A stretch of DNA of 64,000 nucleotides, taken from contig OZ240248.1 of assembly GCA_965198235.1 (NCBI GenBank), forward strand, positions 4,864,001 through 4,928,000, written 5' to 3'. Shown here piece by piece: positions 57,541-64,000 of this stretch (within the stretch, counting starts at the first letter, position 1; each line of letters starts with the position of its first letter). Position numbers and translations under genes: made by a program. A model generated the notes under the pieces. The model was not told where the DNA came from. It saw only the letters and a list, made by a program, of their open reading frames with translations, and made no database searches. This stretch comes from Candidatus Poribacteria bacterium. Its GTDB lineage: Bacteria > Poribacteria > WGA-4E > WGA-3G.

Positions 57541-59040
57541 TTATTTTTCTTCTTCTTTCGGCAGGAACTTGATGTGTGGTGGGGTCTTCAACGCAGTCGT
57601 CATGATTTGAATGTGGTGCGCGAATTCCGTCTCGATCTCCATTCCATCAATGCCGCCTCCCCAGATAGCAAACGTCCGATAATTGAGCCTGCCTTCCGCA
57701 TCTGGAACGAGGATAACCGGCAAAAGAGGATTTTCCGATGCATTGCGATCAACAGTTATGTTTGTATCTTGTGCTTCGTGATTGGTGAGTCCAATGAGCG
57801 CAACACCAAGTGTGTCTATATCGCTTGGATCTGTCCCCCAACTCCATATCCACCCCTGCTTTCTGTCCTCTCCATAAGCACCATTCAAGTGTGGGATACC
57901 TGTGACAATGGCGTAATCCGTGGGGAGATTATCATCAATATGGATATGGTGTTCGATCCACGGATTATCTCCATAGATGAACGTAGTTGATGTTAACTGG
58001 CGAGTCTCACCCTGAATGTTCCACTCAGGCACAATCCGTTGGACGATAGAGCGGATGGCACCATCGGCGAGAATTCGGACGTAGTTCCCTTCAGTAGGTA
58101 GTGGAATCATTTCCTGTTTTTCTTTATGCCACACGGCAATTCCACCACAACCTATTAGACCTTCTGAATGGTTTAGCGCAACCATTTGGGGTGTTTCAGA
58201 TTTGAGAAGTGCGTTCAGCGATAAGCCAATCGATTGAACTACGTCCAACTGTCCTTCTGTTGTAGCTTCCTGCTCAAGACCGGTTTCAATATTGTGTGAT
58301 TTTCGGATAAAGTAGATTTCTTGATTCTCGAGGTCGCGGACGATCCACTGTTGCTCAGGTTGCTCTATCTCTACTTGGACCTGTTGGGAGAGGGTAACGC
58401 CGTTGTTCTCAAAATGGTGTCTGAGTTCTGGTGAGAGCGGTCTCCCGTAATCTAATTCGGGCTGAAACATCGTATCTACACTGAACAATTCTGCTCGTTT
58501 CTTACCATAAGCGATGAAGGCACCGTTCGGCTTTAATAAATACGCAATCAGATTTGATTCCATTGCCGCCACGGCGTTGAGTTCAGGAAAAATAGCGGCG
58601 CGCGTCTGTTTATTGATATCCAGTGTTAACGTCGCCTTGACGTTCGGATCATAGAGAATGGAAATCTCTTTTGTCTCTTCCGGCTCTAAATCTAACAGAA
58701 AGCAGAGCTGATCGCGTTCACCGTCATAGTCCAAGTCATCTGCTTGTGCTGGAATCATTACTTCTCGCGGGGCTTTCCCGGTAACAACGGAATAGGCTTT
58801 GAAGGTGAAATCGGGATTCACTTTTCGGAGTTGCGTTCCCGTTAGCACGATAGGCACCTTTTTCCGCTGGATAGGTAATGTATTTTGGATGGAGAGACGG
58901 ATTTTGCTAATTTTCTGATTACCGCCGGGCATCGTACAGGCATTGAGCATCAACAGAGTGCCTAAAATAAGCGACAGGCAGATTGTTAAAGCCGGTGTTA
59001 TTGTATGTGCCTGAGTGTTGTTTTGCTGATGTATGACCAA
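57541..59040 (-). CDS. DUF4861-like lipoprotein
   Basis: Lipobox-like LNAC; P.QADDLDYDG..D.L.F; ES...AY; YGKK; G.GG. Confidence 0.6.
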   Translation of the reverse strand: MVIHQQNNTQAHTITPALTICLSLILGTLLMLNACTMPGGNQKISKIRLSIQNTLPIQRKKVPIVLTGTQLRKVNPDFTFKAYSVVTGKAPREVMIPAQADDLDYDGERDQLCFLLDLEPEETKEISILYDPNVKATLTLDINKQTRAAIFPELNAVAAMESNLIAYLLKPNGAFIAYGKKRAELFSVDTMFQPELDYGRPLSPELRHHFENNGVTLSQQVQVEIEQPEQQWIVRDLENQEIYFIRKSHNIETGLEQEATTEGQLDVVQSIGLSLNALLKSETPQMVALNHSEGLIGCGGIAVWHKEKQEMIPLPTEGNYVRILADGAIRSIVQRIVPEWNIQGETRQLTSTTFIYGDNPWIEHHIHIDDNLPTDYAIVTGIPHLNGAYGEDRKQGWIWSWGTDPSDIDTLGVALIGLTNHEAQDTNITVDRNASENPLLPVILVPDAEGRLNYRTFAIWGGGIDGMEIETEFAHHIQIMTTALKTPPHIKFLPKEEEK

Positions 59041-59059
59041 TTGTTTTTCCTTTTTTTAG

Positions 59060-59226
59060 TTATCAGTCGCCAGCAGTCAGCCGACAGCCGTGGGCTTCTC
59101 CGCCGATAGCCAATAGTGTCGGGAATCGGAGCGTTTTTGCTTGGGTATTTCTGTGGATTTCCCTGCGGATTTCCCCCTCCTACAGAACAGCCGACAGCTG
59201 ATGGTTTCCGACAGCCAATCTGCCAT
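59060..59226. repeat. Heptamer arrays flanking a REP with cargo insertion
   Basis: GCCGAYA-type repeats; GTCGGGAATCGGAG[CGTTTTTGCTTGGG...GATTTCC]CCCTCCTAC at 59118-59183. Confidence 0.8.
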
Positions 59227-59231
59227 TGAAA

Positions 59232-60383
59232 TTACGGGTCCGGTAAAACTTCAAGCAGACGTTCAACCTCAGAAGCCGTGTTGTAAAAATGAGGGGAGAC
59301 CCTGACGCCGCTTCCACGTTCTGCTGTAATTATATTTTCAGCGTGGAGTTTCTCATAAATTTCAGAAGGCGTGTATTGCTCGCTTTCAAAAATCACAATC
59401 CCCGCTCGATCTGAATCTGTTTTCGGTGTAATGATACGGTAGCCTTTGGCTTCCAATCCTCCTATTAAACGTTTCGTGAGTTCCAAAACGCGCGCCTCGA
59501 TTGTAGGGATGCCGATGTCAAGGAGTAAATCGATCGCTGCCTTGAGTCCATAAAGTCCGACGCTGTTGTAAGAGCCTTCCTCAAAACGGGTTGCGTCCGG
59601 TTTCTGGGTTAAATCGTAATCGAGAAAATCGCGTGGGTTTACGACACTCGACCAACCAATATTAGTATTGATAAGCTGCTCACGTTTTTCGTCGGCACAA
59701 TAGAAAATCGCCGCGCCTTCGGGTGCCAGCAACCATTTATGTCCATCGGCTGCGAGAATATCAATATTACAAGATTTCACATCCACTTCGATCGCTCCGA
59801 GGCTCTGAATAGCGTCAACGATGAACCAAATATTATGTTTTCGACACAGATTTCCGAGTGCCTGAATATCGTTTCGGAAACCGGAGGCGAACTCTACATG
59901 GCTGATTGTCAAGGCACGTGTACGTGCGTCGATCGCGGAAGCAATATCTTCAATATGAATGCATCCGTCTCGCTCCGGCACCATACGCGTTTGAACACCG
60001 TAGCGTTCTTTCAAACTCCACCACGGATAGATATTGGCAGGAAATTCAACCGCTGTTGTGACGACATTGTCTCCTTCTCGCCAATTGATACCATTGGCTG
60101 CGATAAGAATACCTTGTGTCGTATTCTTCATGAATGCGATTTCTGTGGTATCAGCATTGATGAGTTGTGCTGCCGCTGCACGAGATACCTCAGCGGTTTC
60201 CGCCCATTGCTCGGCATTCACGGCACCGTTCACAGTCGCATCCTCTATAAAGCCTGTCATCGCGTCCTGTACTCGACGCGATAACGGGGCGACCCCTGCA
60301 TGGTTCATATAGATGTAAGTTTCAGTTACCGGAAATTCACTGCGCCAATCTTGGGAAAGTTTACAATCAGAAGCACTATTCAC
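59232..60383 (-). CDS. Class V PLP aminotransferase / cysteine desulfurase-like
   Basis: YMNHAGVAP, NTTQG, EFPAN, DAIQSLG, DGHKWLLAPEG, RVSPHFYN. Confidence 0.9.
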   Translation of the reverse strand: MNSASDCKLSQDWRSEFPVTETYIYMNHAGVAPLSRRVQDAMTGFIEDATVNGAVNAEQWAETAEVSRAAAAQLINADTTEIAFMKNTTQGILIAANGINWREGDNVVTTAVEFPANIYPWWSLKERYGVQTRMVPERDGCIHIEDIASAIDARTRALTISHVEFASGFRNDIQALGNLCRKHNIWFIVDAIQSLGAIEVDVKSCNIDILAADGHKWLLAPEGAAIFYCADEKREQLINTNIGWSSVVNPRDFLDYDLTQKPDATRFEEGSYNSVGLYGLKAAIDLLLDIGIPTIEARVLELTKRLIGGLEAKGYRIITPKTDSDRAGIVIFESEQYTPSEIYEKLHAENIITAERGSGVRVSPHFYNTASEVERLLEVLPDP

Positions 60384-60427
60384 TACATATTACCTTTTCC
60401 CGACTTCCACTCGTAAAAAGAACCCAG

Positions 60428-60515
60428 CAGCCTGAAACGAAGTGGAAGGCGAATCTACGGAGAAGAACGTCAATACCCAAACCTACCTGACCGAACCGCA
60501 AGGAATAATTAAAAA
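60428..60515 (+). repeat. Hairpin element with GAACCGCAAGG end overlapping a stop codon
   Basis: GCCT-GAAACGAAGTGGA-AGGC...GAACCGCAAGGAATAATTAAAAA. Confidence 0.85.
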
Positions 60516-61732
60516 TTCAAAAACGTTTCGATCGTGTAGTCTTTCACCCGTTTTGCGTTGGCAAATGTGATGAGTTCACCAAACAAACCGGAGCAGAATA
60601 CTAAAATTCCACCGGTGATAAAAATAGCACTCGGGTTCGATGATCCAACGTTCAAAATTTTCAGCAAAAGAGAGTTGACAGGCGCGATTGAGAGGATCCC
60701 ACCGAATATGAACAAAGCCACGCCGATGGGTCCTAAAAATCGAATAGGTCTCCGTTTACATTGAATGATAAAAAAACGTGCGAGTGTACCTAATGTGGAT
60801 GACTCTTTTTTGGCGTGTTGAATTTTGTTCTCAGTTATCCACCCAAGTGTCAGTAGGGCTATTGCTAAGCCGAAGCAACTCAATGCTACAACATTAGCAG
60901 TCCGGAATAAAACACGTCCTAACACGAAGAAAGGGAGGCTTAGGAGCGCAGCAGTGCGAAATGCCCTCTGCTTCGGACGGAAAAAAACATCTGACAACTG
61001 TTGCAGCAGTGACGGTTTTTGTGGAGTAGGACGCGATGCAAAGACGGAGATGATAAACTTGAAGGCGATAATGTCCAGCATCACGCGCCATATTCTACCG
61101 AGCCCGTACTTGCTTTTTCCGAAACGCCGTGGATGATGCGTGACAACAATTTCAGCGATACGCGCACCTGCGACTGTAGACATCGCAGGGATGAATCGAT
61201 GCATCTCTCCATAGAGCGGGACCTGTTTGATAACCGATGCTCGGTACACTTTGAGTGAACACCCATTGTCATGGATAGGGACCCCCGTTACCTTGCCAAT
61301 TATCCAGTTCGCAACGATGGACGGGACACGCCGCGTCAAAAATTTATCCTGTCGTTCTTTCCGCCATCCACACACCAAATCGTAGCCTTCGTCCAATTTT
61401 TGGAGCAGTTTCGGAATATCGGCTGGATCGTTTTGCAAATCACCGTCCATACTAATGATCCGCTGCCCTTGCGCGAATTCAAATCCTGCTGCCATCGCTG
61501 CTGTCTGCCCCGCATTCTTTTGGAATCGGATAACTCCCAATTGCGGTTTCTGTTTGCTCAGTTCCGAAAGTACCGCGAAGGTCTTATCGTGGCTTCCATC
61601 GTCCACGAACAACACCTCATAAGCGTCGCCGATTGTCTCACATATCGCTTGGATTTTATCGAACAACAAGCGGACGTTTTCTTCTTCGTTGTAAACGGGG
61701 ACCACGATGGATAGAATCGGTTTTTCGTCCAT
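60509..61732 (-). CDS. GT2 glycosyltransferase (ArnC/DPM-like) with extended membrane C-terminus
   Basis: SIVVPVYNEE, VDDGS.D, MDGDLQNDP.DI, GEMHRFIP, SKYG. Confidence 0.9.
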   Translation of the reverse strand: MDEKPILSIVVPVYNEEENVRLLFDKIQAICETIGDAYEVLFVDDGSHDKTFAVLSELSKQKPQLGVIRFQKNAGQTAAMAAGFEFAQGQRIISMDGDLQNDPADIPKLLQKLDEGYDLVCGWRKERQDKFLTRRVPSIVANWIIGKVTGVPIHDNGCSLKVYRASVIKQVPLYGEMHRFIPAMSTVAGARIAEIVVTHHPRRFGKSKYGLGRIWRVMLDIIAFKFIISVFASRPTPQKPSLLQQLSDVFFRPKQRAFRTAALLSLPFFVLGRVLFRTANVVALSCFGLAIALLTLGWITENKIQHAKKESSTLGTLARFFIIQCKRRPIRFLGPIGVALFIFGGILSIAPVNSLLLKILNVGSSNPSAIFITGGILVFCSGLFGELITFANAKRVKDYTIETFLNF

Positions 61733-61736
61733 TGCC

Positions 61737-61795
61737 TTTTTTAAATTACGGGCCTCCACACATCACTCCACTCCGTTTCGTGGTGGCTTTTGGTA
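61737..61795 (-). repeat. Hairpin element abutting a start codon
   Basis: CACCAC-GAAACGGAGTGGA-GTGATG..GGAGGCCCGTAATTTAAAAAA-GGCA-ATG. Confidence 0.8.
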
Positions 61796-61877
61796 AGTCT
61801 CAACAGAGATAAAAATCTGTGAGGTTAGATGTCCTTCGTTACCTCATGCGTTGCGCGGGATATGCTACTTCGGTGCT

Positions 61878-62603
61878 TTACTGCCAATCCGAGGAATTCA
61901 GCAAGATCTGATGCGCTTCGGTGAGCGAGTCGAAGGTGCCTGCGTCAGTCCATTTTCCCTGTAAAAGACTGTATTCAAGTTCCCCGCGCTGAATATAGGC
62001 GTTGTTAACAGCGGTTATCTCGTATTCCCCGCGTGCTGACGGTTCAACTGTGCGGATGATGCCGAACACCGACGCATCGTAGAAATAGGCACCTACCACC
62101 GCGTAATCACTTTTCGGGGACTTCGGTTTCTCTTCTATTGCAACGATATGCCTCCCGTTCAACGTCGCTACACCGTAGCGCTCTGGATCGGACACCCGTT
62201 TGAGCAGGACCCGAGCCCCCTGCTGTTGTGCGTGGAAGTCATTAACGGCTTGCTGAATCGAGGTTTCAAAGATGTTGTCACCTAACAAAACGACGATTCT
62301 ACCGCCGCTGGCGAACCCTTCTGCCAGGGCAAGGGCATGCGCGATGCCTTTGGCTTCCTCTTGCACCCGATAGGTGAATTCACACCCGAAATCTCTTCCA
62401 CCCCCCAAGACGTTCACGAAGTCCCCAACGTGTTGAGGATTCGTCACGATAAGGATATCAGTGATTCCCGCTGTCGTGAGCTGCTTGACGCTATGAAACA
62501 CCATCGGCTCGTTGCCTACGGGTAGAAGGTGCTTACTGGTGACTTTAGTGAGTGGATGCAAACGGATACCGAGTCCGCCTGCGAGGATTACGCCTTTGAG
62601 CAT
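61878..62603 (-). CDS. Sugar-1-phosphate nucleotidyltransferase (short RmlA/SpsI-like)
   Basis: GVILAGG.G.RL.PLT...SKHLLPV, LGDN, EEKP, SARGEYEIT, WTDAGT. Confidence 0.9.
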   Translation of the reverse strand: MLKGVILAGGLGIRLHPLTKVTSKHLLPVGNEPMVFHSVKQLTTAGITDILIVTNPQHVGDFVNVLGGGRDFGCEFTYRVQEEAKGIAHALALAEGFASGGRIVVLLGDNIFETSIQQAVNDFHAQQQGARVLLKRVSDPERYGVATLNGRHIVAIEEKPKSPKSDYAVVGAYFYDASVFGIIRTVEPSARGEYEITAVNNAYIQRGELEYSLLQGKWTDAGTFDSLTEAHQILLNSSDWQ

Positions 62604-62605
62604 GG

Positions 62606-62665
62606 TTTTTTAACTATGGGCCTCCGTTCTCCATTTCATTTCGAGCAGGTTTCTGGTTAATTCGC
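62606..62665 (-). repeat. Hairpin element abutting a start codon
   Basis: AACCAGAAACCTGCTC-GAAATGAAATGGA-GAAC-GGAGGCCCATAGTTAAAAAA-CC-ATG. Confidence 0.75.
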
Positions 62666-62691
62666 GATTAGGACTAAGGGCTCGTACGTTT

Positions 62692-63594
62692 TTAATTCTT
62701 TGTACCTCGTCCGGGGAAGGTAAGTTCAGCAACACCGGACTTATCCAGATCACCCAACCCGAGTTCAATCATACGATCGTACTGTGCCTTCGTTGCCTGC
62801 GCGAGTGGGAGAGAAATACCAGCATCGTTTGCCAAGTCGAGCGCGATGCCTGAATCTTTAGATGCATGAGCAGATGAGAAATAACACTCATGATCGCGTG
62901 CCTCCATGTCTTCTCCATCGGTTTCCAAGACGCGGGAGTTTGCCCCTGTTTGTGCGAAGACCTCCTGCAACATTGCCAGATCCAATCCAAGTGCTGCTCC
63001 TAAGCCGAGCCCTTCAGCGAGACCTGCCGTATTGATATTCATCACCATGTTGACGAGTGCCTTCACCTGTGCTGCCTGACCGGCTTCACCGACGTAACGG
63101 AGCGAAATGCTCATTGAATCCAGAATGGCGCGTGCCTTGTCAAATGTTTCCTTTTTGCCGCCACACATGAGGTAGAGTGTGCCTTCCCGTGCTTGTGTGA
63201 TACTACTTGCCATACACCCTTCAAGACTCTCAGCCCCATGCTTCGCCGCGAGTTGCTCGATATCCACGTGGACTTGGGGGCTAATCGTTGCGCAGTTAAT
63301 AAAGACTTTGCCGGATGCGCCTTGAAGCAGGCTATCGTCAGCATCTTCGGAGAAGATTTGTCGCATCGCCGCGTCGTCCGTAACCACAGTAATGATATAG
63401 TCTGCGAGTGATGTAACTTTCGCGAGTTCTCTGGCTGCTGTTGCACCGATTTCTGCTGCGAGTTCTTGTGCACGTTCGCTTGCGACATCGTACACAGCAA
63501 CGACATCAAACCCTTCGTCATTGAGATGTCGGGCGATGTTCGCGCCCATTCTGCCTACCCCTACGACACCAATTTTATAATCAGAATTCGCCAT
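62692..63594 (-). CDS. NAD(P)-dependent beta-hydroxyacid dehydrogenase (3-hydroxyisobutyrate DH family)
   Basis: GVGRMG, ATISP, GTL..M.GG, K.LVN, KD..IAL. Confidence 0.88.
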   Translation of the reverse strand: MANSDYKIGVVGVGRMGANIARHLNDEGFDVVAVYDVASERAQELAAEIGATAARELAKVTSLADYIITVVTDDAAMRQIFSEDADDSLLQGASGKVFINCATISPQVHVDIEQLAAKHGAESLEGCMASSITQAREGTLYLMCGGKKETFDKARAILDSMSISLRYVGEAGQAAQVKALVNMVMNINTAGLAEGLGLGAALGLDLAMLQEVFAQTGANSRVLETDGEDMEARDHECYFSSAHASKDSGIALDLANDAGISLPLAQATKAQYDRMIELGLGDLDKSGVAELTFPGRGTKN

Positions 63595-63821
63595 GTTTCC
63601 TCCTTGTTACATTTGACTTTCACATGGAAAAATTTATGTTGAACAAGTGATCCCGACGGCGGGATGTTAACCATTTTGTGCAAACGCAATTCTTACATAT
63701 TTGCAGATGTTTGTCAAGTTTTTCCTGTTTGTGTTGTCTCTTCCTGTAGATGTAATCTTCGGATTTAGCACAAATCTTGGCAAGAATCAAACTGATTGGA
63801 ATTTAAAAATTTAAAAAAGAA

Positions 63822-63849
63822 TTGACATTTTTTGCAAATTTAGTATAAT
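63822..63849 (+). promoter_or_regulatory. Sigma70 promoter
   Basis: TTGACA-N16-TATAAT. Confidence 0.75.
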
Positions 63850-63938
63850 GTTCAGAACGATGAACAGAAGTCGGTTGGTTATGCTTTTCTGAGTAAAAAT
63901 ATACCGGCACATTTCTATTTTCCTAAGGAGGACTCACA

Positions 63939-64000
63939 ATGAACCGTTTCACATACGGCTTCGGTCTCCGAATAGGCCGAGCCCATCTTCTCATCCTTGC
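63939..64000 (+). CDS. Start of a CDS running off the window
   Basis: AAGGAGG-N7-ATG; MNRFTYGFGLRIGRAHLLIL... Confidence 0.6.
   Translation, partial: MNRFTYGFGLRIGRAHLLIL

Overview
Bacterial genomic window of about 50 CDS, with no rRNA, tRNA, CRISPR array or transposase recognised. Several features suggest Candidatus Poribacteria (sponge-associated), by inference only: paralogous LRR/cohesin/dockerin proteins ending in 'NYPNPFNPETWIPYQL...TATRKMLIxK', WD40, TPR and FG-GAP proteins, PhyH dioxygenases, and solitary purN and trpA. Main points: (1) A tandemly duplicated two-gene unit at 32.5-47.7 kb pairs a secreted diheme cytochrome-LRR-2x cohesin-dockerin protein with an LRR-dockerin partner. 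(2) The intergenic DNA holds many short palindromic elements: GNA-triloop hairpins with A-tract ends that abut start or stop codons, GTAG-type REPs, TIR-bounded MITEs and heptamer arrays. (3) The same short 'cargo' sequences are inserted into unrelated hairpin hosts, and empty alleles of those hosts are present in this window. (4) Several genes are broken or chimeric (5'-truncated clpB, aspartic protease, DUF5615 toxin, PhyH fragment). (5) A CADD-like diiron enzyme, candidate leaderless promoters and a candidate ECF promoter motif are present. All family calls come from motif recognition by eye; no database searches were run.
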